NCBI GenBank assembly: GCA_963729605.1
Contig: CAVSNY010000002.1
Location: 352,001 to 416,000, forward strand
DNA length: 64,000 nt
Direction of reading: 5' to 3'
Source of the DNA: an uncultured Gammaproteobacteria bacterium
GTDB taxonomy: Bacteria > Pseudomonadota > Gammaproteobacteria > DRLM01
Shown: piece by piece, positions 51,860 through 63,350 of the stretch
How positions within the stretch are numbered: position 1 is the first letter of the stretch
Layout: every line of letters begins with the position of its first letter
Program-made: the position numbers and the translations under genes
The notes under the pieces: model-generated
The model's input: only the letters and a program-made list of their open reading frames with translations
The model's database searches: none
Told to the model about the DNA's origin: nothing

Positions 51860-51978
51860 CTGCTACACCGACACGCCAAGCGGCTATGGTGGCTCAGCTA
51901 TCAGCTTATCCGCATTTATCCACCGAGCACCCTAGAAATACGATGCAGCCGTCTCACATTGAACGAGGACGGACGCAA

Positions 51979-52203
51979 ATGAATCCCAAACTTCCCGAAA
52001 CCGGCTATCTCCGGCTTTCTCAAATAATCGGTAATCCAAAAGCAAACCCGCCTATTCCCGCCCTGATACCGGTCGGCAAATCGACCTGGTGGGAGGGTGT
52101 TAAAACCGGCCGTTATCCAGCGCCAACTAAAACGTTGGGCCGCAGAATTACGGCCTGGCACGTGGAGGACATCCGTGCCTTGATCGAGAGGAGCCGGCCA
52201 TGA
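51979..52203 (+). CDS. alpA: AlpA-family regulator / excisionase
   Basis: LPETGYLRLSQI...IPVGKSTWWEGVKTGRYP.P..LG.RITAW..EDIRALI. Confidence 0.92.
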   Translation: MNPKLPETGYLRLSQIIGNPKANPPIPALIPVGKSTWWEGVKTGRYPAPTKTLGRRITAWHVEDIRALIERSRP

Positions 52204-52703
52204 GTCTTCCGATTAATGACGCCTGCAGGCTCGCGGAGACTCAACACGGCTGGGCTATTCAGCGTATCCACACGAGAAAACACGGACGTACCCGCGAGGC
52301 GCTGGAAGCGTGGAAGGACATGCACTGGTTCACCTCAATTGAGGTCGACGTCCTTGCCGAGCTGTTGCTGACGACATCTGACGTAGAGACCGTAGCCGAG
52401 GCATTGGCTGAGGCTAAAAACGTCGCGGCAATGCTTGGTCAAGCGCTGCATCCGCACGTTGAGGTGGCTATGAGAGGATTGCCGATGAGCGGAGAGACCT
52501 GCCCCGGCTTCACGGCGCCAACCCAGAGGCACGACACGGAGCAAGCGTTACCCTTTTTGACTTCGGCTTGGTCGGATGATCTGGCCATGCGGTTGGCACG
52601 TTTCGTCAGCGCGTTGGGCACCGGTCATGGGCTTGCGGGTTTCATGCTGTCGCAGGTGTGGAACCATTGCCAATGCTCCCGACGCGTGGGGTTTTTGTCA
52701 TGA
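52200..52703 (+). CDS. hypothetical protein coupled to alpA
   Basis: ATGA overlaps with alpA and with the next gene. Confidence 0.6.
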   Translation: MSLPINDACRLAETQHGWAIQRIHTRKHGRTREALEAWKDMHWFTSIEVDVLAELLLTTSDVETVAEALAEAKNVAAMLGQALHPHVEVAMRGLPMSGETCPGFTAPTQRHDTEQALPFLTSAWSDDLAMRLARFVSALGTGHGLAGFMLSQVWNHCQCSRRVGFLS

Positions 52704-53179
52704 GTCGCAATAGACTTAGGACCAAGGGTCGCAAGGAAATCGGTTCTTTTGTTGCCTTGCCGCATGCCGTCTTAGAACACCCGAACTTCACAAAGCTGAG
52801 CCCCCGCGCCGTAAAGCTTCTGATAGACATCTACGCTCAATATCGCGGCAACAACAACGGCGACCTTTGCGCCGCCTTCACCATTATGAAAACACGTGGG
52901 TGGACATCAAAGGATCAGTTGCAAAAAGCCAAAGACGAACTGCTGGAGGTGGGCTGGCTGATCGTCACCCGCCAAGGCGGCCGCAACAAGCCCACGCTGT
53001 ACGCCGTTACGTTCCAACCCATCGACGAGTGCAAAGGCAAGCTGGACGTGAACCCCACAGCCGCCCCTCCCGGGAATTGGAAGAATTTCCCTTCCGAAGT
53101 TAAAAGCAGTGCCCCAAATACGGGGCAAGTTGGTTCTCATGGCGGGGCAATTGTAACCCAATTTAGAAAAACAGCATGA
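52700..53179 (+). CDS. winged-HTH protein (phage/satellite replication-initiator-like, NNGDL motif)
   Basis: F..LPH.VL....F..LS..A.KLL....QYRGNNNGDL...RGW.S...L.KA..EL...G.L..TRQGG. Confidence 0.75.
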   Translation: MSRNRLRTKGRKEIGSFVALPHAVLEHPNFTKLSPRAVKLLIDIYAQYRGNNNGDLCAAFTIMKTRGWTSKDQLQKAKDELLEVGWLIVTRQGGRNKPTLYAVTFQPIDECKGKLDVNPTAAPPGNWKNFPSEVKSSAPNTGQVGSHGGAIVTQFRKTA

Positions 53180-53556
53180 TCATTAGCCCGCACGGCGGAC
53201 CAGTCCTACCCTTTTTGGAGATTTCGCTGCCCCGTGCGACGGACCCCTTTATATATTTACCAAGGGGGTTACTGCTAGTGACATACACAGACGTAGTAAT
53301 GACCAAGCATTTTGACCTTGCCTCGGAACATGGAAAAGAGAATCGGCTAGGAACGGACAGCAGCTGACATGAGCCCCTAACCTGTTATTAAATGTTATGG
53401 TAGAAAGCGACGCTACACGAGAATTCAACCTATCGCCAAAGCTCTTTGCTGTGGTTTAACGGCTTACAGGTATCACAGACAGATCAAAAGGAGACGTTAT
53501 GACTTGGCGGCAAAGTCTGACTATCGGAGAAGTACGCGCGCGTGCGCGTGCGCGTC

Positions 53557-53769
53557 ATGGGGTTCGGGATGAGACGATCTAAACAGCGCTGCGGTGCTCG
53601 CACCCGCCGAGGCACCGAGTGCCTTGCCTCGGCACTCGCGAATGGCCGGTGTCGGCTGCACGGCGGATTATCGACCGGTCCCAAAACACTGACGGGCCGG
53701 CGGGCCGCACTAGCCAATTTAAAGCAATTCCGGAAATCAGCTGCGAACGATAATAAGGAGAATGGCTAA
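53557..53769 (+). CDS. HGGxSTG-domain protein
   Basis: CGARTRRGTEC....NGRCRLHGGLSTGPKT. Confidence 0.85.
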   Translation: MGFGMRRSKQRCGARTRRGTECLASALANGRCRLHGGLSTGPKTLTGRRAALANLKQFRKSAANDNKENG

Positions 53770-54335
53770 TCGTTCAGTGTTCAGTGCCATAAGGCATATC
53801 TGACCAAAAGGCGGAGCACCAAATCGACACCTCGCGTGCGCACATAGACGTGAAGGGAAGAGGACGGTTTCTGCATGAAGGCTTTTTCCAGGTTGTCTCC
53901 ATTGGTCGCGTATCCCCAAAGCCTTTCGCGCGGGACATCAACCTTGAACGGAGAACTGAACCCCGCCGATATTCGCGAAGACTCATTTCATGAGGGGATG
54001 GAGTTCCAGGAGACTCCCGCGGAAGTGTAGCGATCAGTCAGACATGAAAGGTAAGTAAAACTCCCAGTTGCTGTAGAGGTATCTTTGCGGCACGCTTGTG
54101 TGGCGCACGGTCTTCCACTAACGGCATGGATGCCCCCGGGTAGCAGTCCCACTAGTATTAACACCCTGCTTGTGCGCCAGCTGTCAAACGGTAGTGACAC
54201 ATCCGTGGCACGAGCGAAAAAATCGCTGCGAGGGCGGTGACCGGCACCGGCTCCGTACTAAGGGGCCTCTGTAAATCAGCGTTATAGGTAGGGCGAAGAG
54301 TGAGGCGTTGCACACGAAATATTCGAGGAGAAAAT

Positions 54336-54908
54336 ATGAAAAATGGCCAGCTGTGTCTTGCATTTCTCTGCATTGCAATCTCATTCTGCGCACAGGCAGA
54401 AAACAACCTTGATGGGTGGGGCTTTGGAATTGGCATCGGGTTCGAACTTTATAATAACCCGTATATAAAGACCGCATCAATGAATGGGGCAGAAAAAATA
54501 GTTTCAGTGAATGAAGAATATAAAAGCATACCAGCTCTTTGGTCAGCTGTTAATTGGACAGTTACTGCTCAGTGCAAACATGTACATATCCCGGCAAGAT
54601 GGGTATGCACGGAGTGGGTAAAGCCGGGTTGGTTCGTCGGCGCAAAGTTGATTGGACAAAATGGGGCTGGTCTAGACGGTGCCGCCGTGGGAATTCAATG
54701 GGCATTTCTTCGACCTGCTGATGGCGGGGGTGCAGGAAAGCGAAAGAGCCTTAATCTTGGCGTAGGTATTGGCGTGACAAAGTTTCGTGAGCTGGCGTCC
54801 GGTATTAAGGAGGGCCAAGCGCTCCCAAGTTATTATGACGATGTAAGATACAGGGATACAACTAAGCCAATGTTTCTCATTCTAGTTACAAAAGACATCG
54901 CCATGTAA
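54336..54908 (+). CDS. exported, beta-strand-rich hypothetical protein
   Basis: RBS GAGGAG, signal peptide ending AQA, alternating strands GWGFGIGIGF and LNLGVGIGV; low GC. Confidence 0.75.
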   Translation: MKNGQLCLAFLCIAISFCAQAENNLDGWGFGIGIGFELYNNPYIKTASMNGAEKIVSVNEEYKSIPALWSAVNWTVTAQCKHVHIPARWVCTEWVKPGWFVGAKLIGQNGAGLDGAAVGIQWAFLRPADGGGAGKRKSLNLGVGIGVTKFRELASGIKEGQALPSYYDDVRYRDTTKPMFLILVTKDIAM

Positions 54909-54926
54909 AAACTTCTATAGCTCAGC

Positions 54927-55190
54927 TGCTCCTGACTGTAATAACATCTGACAGCCACGCTGGCTCAAGCTGCCACGCTATGGCATCGGATTTCATATAT
55001 GTCCGATCCAGTTGCTTTGCGAATGCTAGGGGTTCACTGTCGAATGTCTGCATGGGTGTTTGCCGTAGCAGTACTTTCCGGAATGCGTCTGCTCGATATT
55101 ATTTCGCGTGGTCCACTTATCGATATCGGCCTGCGGTTCTTCCATATTGTGATATAGCTTGCGCCGCGCAATGCATGATGCGAGCTTCCA
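54927..55190 (-). pseudogene. IS481-family transposase 3' remnant
   Basis: RRKLYHNMEEPQADIDKW...N.EQTHSGKYCYGK resembles the IS481 C-terminus (RKKLY..LEELQ.DLD.W...YN..R.H.GK.C.G.TP); degenerate terminal repeat CTGTCAGAT... Confidence 0.7.
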
Positions 55191-55765
55191 ATTCGTGATG
55201 CGATGCACGCCCCCGGCGCGATTGCCCGACCTGGTTGAAACGAGGAAGCTGCACCGCGTCCCTGGTATCGGCAAATGCAACGGCAATACCGCGGCTGGCG
55301 CAATCTGTTCGATGACGGCGTGGGCTGTTGTTTCGGTCTTCCCCAGCGTAACACGAAGCTTTCAAGCGTGATGTTACGGGGGCGCAAGCGCAGCTTGATG
55401 TCGAGCGCAAGCGCGGCAGGCCGAAGCTGCGGAGAAGGCGGCGGTGATCCGGAATGTGGCGGCGCCCGCGACAGGCGCTCATCCCTACCTTATGAGCGAG
55501 GACATCCAAGTCCACGGCGCGCGCGAGCGATCTTTATTCCATTCTTGAGCCCGTCTCTGTGAGAATCTTCTAGTCGCAGTGCGAGTACGGTGCGGGGATA
55601 ACACGGGTAAAATGCACGTGGAACTCACAACACAGATTCCTCACTATGGGAATGTGTCTTAGCCACTCATGTCTTGAGCGCTGCGCGTACTTGATGAACC
55701 TTGTTCGATATTAGGCATAGGATCTTAGCCGGATAGGGACGCTGGCATAAAAAGATAATGGGGTC

Positions 55766-55876
55766 GTCCAACGTTTGAGCCAACCGGCACATTGTGCGTG
55801 ACGGAATCTGGCCCAGAATGAATGGCAAGACAATGACGGCACGACGCAATGTGTTCGGTTGCGCGAATTGTGACCG
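55766..55876. other. degenerate attC-like palindrome
   Basis: GTCCAAC-gtttg-AGCCAACCGGCACATTG ... CAATGTGTTCGGTTGCGCG-aatt-GTG; R' is GTG rather than GTT. Confidence 0.4.
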
Positions 55877-55968
55877 AGCGCCGTCGTGAACCCGGGAGCA
55901 ATGTGTCAGGCCAAGTCTGTCAATCGCCCTCCGGGCAGGAATCTTCAGAGTAGAGGTGATCGGACATC

Positions 55969-57276
55969 GTGACAGTGGATCAGGACACCACTACGGTATC
56001 AGCATCGCTGCCTTACCGTGGCGACAGTCCCGTCAGCCGAGAAGCGCTTTATGAGATTGTCTGGAACGCGCCCATGCTCAAGGTGGCGGCACGCTTCGGC
56101 GTCTCGTCGAGCTATATGGCCCGGGTCTGCACGCTGCTCAACGTACCACGGCCGGAGCGTGGCTATTGGGCAAAGCTGGCGGTGGGTAAAGCGCCCACGC
56201 AACCGCCACTCCCTGAGCCGCGTCACGGCGACGTGCTCGAGTGGCGACGCGACGGCACGTTTCCGAAACGTGCCCGTTCGCTGCCAAAACCTCCTGACCC
56301 AAGACCTCAGCGGCAGCGCACAGCTAGACCCCCGCTGCCAGATCGACATCCGCTAGCGTATGGCGTCAAGCCGCTATTCGAGGCAGGTCGTTACTCTTGG
56401 GACGGCAACTATCTCAAGCCGGCCAAGCGACTGCTCGTCGACCTGATAGTTACCAAGACGGGGCTGGAAAAAGCAATCGCCTTTGCGAACGAATTGTTCC
56501 TAGCCCTAGAGGCGCAAGGCCACCGCGTGATCATTGCGCCGAACTCCGAGCACTTCCATCGCGCGACCGTCGATGAGCGTGAAAATCCCACGAAAGGCCA
56601 CCACCATAACAACCTGTGGTCGCCGATGCGGTGCACGGTAGTGTATATCGGGACCGTGGCGATCGGCCTCACCGTTATCGAGATGTCCGAGCAAGCGGAA
56701 GCCCGATACGTGAACGGCGAGTACGTTCGGCTGACCGACTACGTTTCCAAGCGAGGTGGTAGGTACACGCAGCGTCATGGCTGGACGAGTACCCACGAGT
56801 TCGCGACCGGGCGCCTCTGCCTCCAGGCCTACTCGCCGTACCCGCGTGCTGACTGGGTCCAGCAGTGGCGAGAGACGCCGGCCCGGGACCTTTCTAGCCG
56901 CATCCCCGCCATCATGCGTGAGCTGGAGAAGGCTACGATCGAGATCGCCCGACGCGTCGAAGAAGGTGAGCGCCGGGCGGAAATTGAGCGTAAGCGTTTG
57001 GCAGCTGAATACGAACGCTGGCGTCGCGAAGAGGAGGCGCGGCAGGCCGCAAAAGCTCTGCAGGACAGCAAAGACGAGCTGCTTCAGATCATCGATGCCT
57101 GGGCAGCTGCGAAGCGGCTCGAGGAGTTCTTCGCGGACGCCGAACGCCGAGCGCAGGATTTACCGGCCGAACATCGGGAGCGCGCACTGGAACGACTTCG
57201 ACGCGCACGCGGCTTGATCGGTAGCACCGATGCGCTGGAGCGATTCGACGCATGGCGTGCGCCGCAGGAGCGCTAA
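55969..57276 (+). CDS. island-associated hypothetical protein with N-terminal HTH and coiled-coil C-terminus
   Basis: REALYEIVW..PM.KVA..FGVS..Y.ARVC..L.VP.P.RGYWAK; E/R-rich helical tail. Confidence 0.8.
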   Translation: MTVDQDTTTVSASLPYRGDSPVSREALYEIVWNAPMLKVAARFGVSSSYMARVCTLLNVPRPERGYWAKLAVGKAPTQPPLPEPRHGDVLEWRRDGTFPKRARSLPKPPDPRPQRQRTARPPLPDRHPLAYGVKPLFEAGRYSWDGNYLKPAKRLLVDLIVTKTGLEKAIAFANELFLALEAQGHRVIIAPNSEHFHRATVDERENPTKGHHHNNLWSPMRCTVVYIGTVAIGLTVIEMSEQAEARYVNGEYVRLTDYVSKRGGRYTQRHGWTSTHEFATGRLCLQAYSPYPRADWVQQWRETPARDLSSRIPAIMRELEKATIEIARRVEEGERRAEIERKRLAAEYERWRREEEARQAAKALQDSKDELLQIIDAWAAAKRLEEFFADAERRAQDLPAEHRERALERLRRARGLIGSTDALERFDAWRAPQER

Positions 57277-57838
57277 GGTTGGTAGGAATTCAGTCGAAGA
57301 ATGTGCCGGCGCCTAGCCTCGATATCTGAGCGCACTGAATCACTCGCAAATCATTGAACAGCGCAAGAAGATCATTGCAGAGGCTGCAGAACAGCGCTAT
57401 AGGGAATTAGCCGGCAGTGAAATCAAATACACATCAGCGGAACGGTGCATGAACTCAAGGAAGACACCCCCCATCAGCGTGAATTCCTTGATTTCTACCG
57501 TACTCCCAGAGGCAAGTCCACTTCCAAAGGCTCTCGCCGAAGCTAAGGACTCACTCGACGCTTGTCAGCAACATCAAGTTCATGAACTTTTATCCGTTCA
57601 TTGACATCGCGATGATCTCTCCGCGCCCGATTGGCCTTTCCGCGATGGCCTATGCGACCGCCCGGCGCTACGCCAAAGACTCGCGTTTTGCCTTTGGCAC
57701 CCGGAGATTGCCTTGGGGGCTTTGCCAGCGCTATCTTCCTGCTGGCGCCATTCTCGGACCGGTCAATGTTGTCTGCGCACTGATCCTGGGTAAAGTGCAC
57801 CACCATGGGCACGGGGCATTCCCAGCGGCACGATCATC

Positions 57839-57960
57839 ACGCCACTGAACATCACCTAGTAGACCAAGGCAACCTATGCCGAGGGAGAGTTAACCGAGGC
57901 GCAACTTGTAAGGAATTCTTACAAATTTGCCAGGAGGCTGCACAAGTAGGCGGCAAGTGA
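57839..57960 (+). pseudogene. RhuM-family remnant
   Basis: TPLNIT**TKATYAEGELTEA / TCKEFLQICQE resembles RhuM NIT.H...IY.EGEL...ATCK.FLQV..EG; two stops and a frameshift. Confidence 0.65.
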
Positions 57961-57967
57961 GCTATTC

Positions 57968-58042
57968 AAAGAATACTTTAGCATTGGCACTGCTTAATTA
58001 AAGAATGCTTTAATTATTTTAAGCCATATTAAAGAAATATTT
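57968..58042. promoter_or_regulatory. three phased AAAG-N4-CTTT-type operator-like sites
   Basis: AAAG at 57968, 58000 and 58031; middle site is a perfect palindrome TAATTAAAG-aatg-CTTTAATTA; third site is degenerate. Confidence 0.5.
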
Positions 58043-58348
58043 GGCATGAAGCGGGTCCTCTGCGGGGCTGGTTCTTCGCCGGCGCGCCATGAGTTGTAGT
58101 CTCCTCTAATCGTCCGAATGCGAGATTCGATAGCCGACGCTCACCCGAATCTTCAAAAAATACCATATTGGCATCTGGTTCTAATCGCGTCCGTGAGCGC
58201 GTCTACGGTGAGCGCGAGCGCGGTCCTGCCCCTGCCGTCAGGTCCAGATCGAGGTTGCCGAGTTTGCGCCTTGCACCGGCGAAAAATCCGACAACTGACA
58301 GATACGATGATCGCGTGATAGCATCGCGGGCACACAGGGGGAGTATCC

Positions 58349-58681
58349 ATGCGCACGGTCGTCGGCATTCGCCCGAGTAAACAGGTTCGCCGGGCTTCCA
58401 GTCAAACCGAAGAGACTATGCCTACCGTCTGGTTCGCTTCATGGCGACAGCTGGTCGGCGTGCTGTCGGACGAAAACCGTGCACTGCTGCGCCTGATGCA
58501 GGATAAGCAGCCGCGCACGGTACTGGAACTGGCCGAACTGTCCGGCCGCGCGGCCAGCAACTTGTCGCGCACGCTGCGCAATCTGGAGGGCTACGGATTG
58601 GTCAAGCTGCACCGTAGCCCGGACACCCGCGCCGTGCGCCCCGAGGCGCTGGCCACCGAGTTTCTGGTGATGTTGGACTGA
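58349..58681 (+). CDS. winged-HTH regulator (HVO_A0114 / antitoxin-like)
   Basis: WF.S...[11 protein letters not shown]......[24 protein letters not shown]; RBS GGGGAG. Confidence 0.82.
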   Translation: MRTVVGIRPSKQVRRASSQTEETMPTVWFASWRQLVGVLSDENRALLRLMQDKQPRTVLELAELSGRAASNLSRTLRNLEGYGLVKLHRSPDTRAVRPEALATEFLVMLD

Positions 58682-58713
58682 TCTGCCACCCCAAACCACA
58701 ACAGGAATCACAC

Positions 58714-60289
<1,576 letters not shown>

Positions 60290-60300
<11 letters not shown>

Positions 60301-61537
60301 GTGGCAAGAGGTAGTTATTGCTGAAGCCCCGCTTGAGATTATCGACGGTGATCGGGGTCCCAATTATCCGAGACAGGATGAGTTTGCATCCGTCGGTCAT
60401 TGCCTGTTTCTAAACGCTGGAAACGTCACGAATGCAGGGTTCAGTTTCTCAGATTGCAGCTTCATATCTAAAAATAAAGATGCGGCTTTACGAAAAGGGA
60501 AGGCCAAACGGGATGATGTTGTTCTTACGACACGCGGCACCGTTGGGAATGTGGCTCTATATGACGCATCAGTACCGTATGAGCATGTACGGATCAATTC
60601 CGGAATGGTTTTGCTACGGCCGGATAGTTCTAAACTTTCACCTCGCTTCCTCTACCAATTTGTCCGATCCGCTGTTTTTAGGGAGCGAGTGACGGCACTA
60701 ACAACAGGCAGTGCACAACCCCAGCTCCCAATTCGTGATATCAGGCGAATTGAGTTTCCTCTGCCACCCCTCACCGAACAACTCACTATCGCCCACATCC
60801 TTGGCACGCTGGACGACAAGATCGAACTCAACCGCCGCCGCAACCAGACCCTGGAGACCATGGCTCGCGCCCTGTTCCAGGACTGGTTCGTCGACTTCGG
60901 CCCTGTCCGCGCTAAAATGGAAGGCCGCGAACCCTACCTTCCCGCCGACCTCTGGCAACTCTTCCCCGACCGGCTCAATGATGAGGGGAAGCCGGAGGGG
61001 TGGGAGCTTAAACGCGTTTCTTATTACCTGACACTTGCCTACGGAAAATCGTTGCCGGCGGGCAAGCGAAATCACGGAGGCGTTCCGGTTTACGGTTCCG
61101 GCGGAATCACTGGGTTTCATAGCGAGGCATTAGTCAACGGACCGGCGATCATCGTCGGACGTAAAGGAACCGTTGGAAGTTTGTATTGGGAAGATCGCCC
61201 ATGCTTCCCCATTGATACTGTGTTCTATGTTCAACCAGAGGCCCCACTGTCGTTCTGCTATTACTTGCTCGAAAGCTTGCCGCTCCGAGACATGAACACC
61301 GATGCAGCTGTGCCAGGCTTGAATCGTGAGAATGTCTATCGACTCGAAGTCGCCGCACCACCGGCCAGGCTTATTTCGGCTTTCACTGAGACAGCCACTC
61401 GCCTTCGCGAGGGCATCGCGGCAATTTCCAGAGACAGTGACACCCTCGCCCAACTACGCGACACCCTGCTGCCCAAACTGATCTCCGGCGAGCTGCGTAT
61501 CGCCGATGCCGAGAAATTTCTGGAGAAAGCCCTATGA
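60290..61537 (+). CDS. hsdS: type I RM specificity subunit
   Basis: Two low-GC TRDs with conserved [20 protein letters not shown] and [15 protein letters not shown] segments. Confidence 0.95.
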
Positions 61538-62739
61538 CGCACACCAGCCAGCCACCGCGCATCGAGAGCCTGCATGTCAAAAACTACCGGGCGCTGAGGG
61601 ACATTAAACTGGAGAAGATGACTCCGCTCACCGTGCTGCTTGGACCGAATGGCAGCGGCAAGTCCACGGTGTTCGATGTGTTCGCCTTTCTCGCCGAGTG
61701 CTTTACCGACGGACTGCGCAAGGCATGGGATCGCAGGGGCCGTTTCAAGGAACTGCGCAGCCGGGATCAGGATGGGCCTATCGTCATTGAAATTCAGTAT
61801 CGTGAGAAGCCGCAAACGCCCCTGATCACCTATCACCTTGAGATTGAGGAGCAACTCAAAGGGCCGGTGGTGGCGCGGGAGTTCCTGCGTTGGAAGCGTG
61901 GACACCCGGCGGCGCCGTTTCACTTCCTCGACTATCAATACGGCAAGGGCAAGGTCATCACCGGAGAAGAGCCGGAATCGACGGACACGCGCGTCGAAAA
62001 GCCGCTTTCCGGCCCGGATGTACTGGCGGTCAGCACATTGGGAACGCTGGCGGAAAACCCGCGCGTCATCGCGCTTCGGAACTTCATCTCGGGCTGGCAT
62101 CTCTCCTACCTGTCGGCGGATGCTGCCCGTGGCAACCCGGAGGCGGGTGCGGAGGAGCGCCTCTCCCCCACCGGGGACAACCTGCCCAATGTCATCCAGT
62201 ATCTGCGCGAACAGCACCCCGAGCGGTTGGAGCAAATCTTCGAGACCTTGAGGCGGCGCATCCCGCGCATCGAGCGGGTGCAGGCTGAGGTCTTGCAGGA
62301 CAGTCGGCTGTTGTTACTGGTGAAGGACGCTCCGTTTTCGACGCCAGTGCTCTCCCGCTTCGCCTCCGATGGTACGCTCAAGCTCTTGGCCTATCTGACG
62401 GTGCTCTACGATCCAGAACCACCGCAGTTGATCGGCATCGAGGAGCCGGAGAACTATCTGCACCCGCGTTTGCTGCCGGAACTGGCTGAAGAGTGCCAGC
62501 AAGCCGCCGACCTTACCCAGTTGATCGTCACCACCCACTCGCCCTTTTTTATCAATCCGCTGCGACCTGAAGAGGTGCGTGTGCTTTACCGTGCGGCGGA
62601 TGGCTATACGCGGGTGCGTCGGGTGGCGGATATGCCCGGCATCGCCGCGCTCCTCGATCAGGGGGCCACGCTGGGCGAGCTCTGGATGGAGGGGCATTTC
62701 GATGTCGGCGATCCTCTGGCGATGGGAGATGCGGAGTGA
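61534..62739 (+). CDS. ABC-type (AAA_21-like) ATPase
   Basis: Walker A GPNGSGKS, signature SDGT, Walker B IEEPEN, H-loop TTHSP. Confidence 0.92.
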   Translation: MTHTSQPPRIESLHVKNYRALRDIKLEKMTPLTVLLGPNGSGKSTVFDVFAFLAECFTDGLRKAWDRRGRFKELRSRDQDGPIVIEIQYREKPQTPLITYHLEIEEQLKGPVVAREFLRWKRGHPAAPFHFLDYQYGKGKVITGEEPESTDTRVEKPLSGPDVLAVSTLGTLAENPRVIALRNFISGWHLSYLSADAARGNPEAGAEERLSPTGDNLPNVIQYLREQHPERLEQIFETLRRRIPRIERVQAEVLQDSRLLLLVKDAPFSTPVLSRFASDGTLKLLAYLTVLYDPEPPQLIGIEEPENYLHPRLLPELAEECQQAADLTQLIVTTHSPFFINPLRPEEVRVLYRAADGYTRVRRVADMPGIAALLDQGATLGELWMEGHFDVGDPLAMGDAE

Positions 62740-63350
62740 TGCGGGTCGAATTCCTGGTCGAGGAACAATCCGCCGAGGAGGCGTTGAAGCACCTGCTGCC
62801 GCGACTGATCGGCCGACGCGCCCAATGGGGAATCATAAACCTCGGCAGTAAATACAAACTGCTCAAGGTGCTGCCACAGCGGTTGGCTGCCTATCGGCAG
62901 CGCATCGATCAGGGCGAAGACCTGCGTGTGGTGGTACTGGTGGATCGCGATAAAGACGACTGCGAGGCGCTCAAGCGCCAACTCGAAGGCGCGGCACTGG
63001 AAACGGGGCTCGCGACCAAATCCACGCCCGATGCCCAAGGTCGCTTTCTCGTGGTCAACCGCATCGTGATTGAGGAGCTGGAATCCTGGTTTATCGGTGA
63101 CCCGGCCGCCCTGCGCCAGGCTTTCACCAGTCTGCCGAGGATTGATGAGAAGAAGGGCATCTTTCGCAACCCGGACAATGGTGGTTCCTGGGAGGCGCTG
63201 CATCGCTTTCTCAAGAAGCACGGCATCTACAAGAGCAGCTATCCCAAGATCGACGCCGCGCGGCGTATTGCACCACGGATCGATCTCCAGGCCAATCGCT
63301 CGCACAGCTTTCAGGTCTTCGTCCAAGGTGTGGAGGCGTTACTGCTATGA
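62736..63350 (+). CDS. DUF4276-like TOPRIM-fold protein
   Basis: [14 protein letters not shown] (DxD), [13 protein letters not shown]; coupled to the ATPase. Confidence 0.8.
   Translation: MMRVEFLVEEQSAEEALKHLLPRLIGRRAQWGIINLGSKYKLLKVLPQRLAAYRQRIDQGEDLRVVVLVDRDKDDCEALKRQLEGAALETGLATKSTPDAQGRFLVVNRIVIEELESWFIGDPAALRQAFTSLPRIDEKKGIFRNPDNGGSWEALHRFLKKHGIYKSSYPKIDAARRIAPRIDLQANRSHSFQVFVQGVEALLL

Noticed and set aside
55347-55495. CGTAAC...GTTACG mini-palindrome and a CCCTACCTTAT tail suggesting attC or a group II intron 3' end
   Set aside because: Too short for attC, and no recognisable intron domain V or RT remnant.
57277-57838. Short ORFs between the HTH gene and the RhuM remnant
   Set aside because: No recognisable motifs or consistent frame; probably decayed sequence.
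57906-57924. Palindrome TTGTAAG-gaatt-CTTACAA as an operator
   Set aside because: Explained by the RhuM-remnant coding motif TCKEFLQ.
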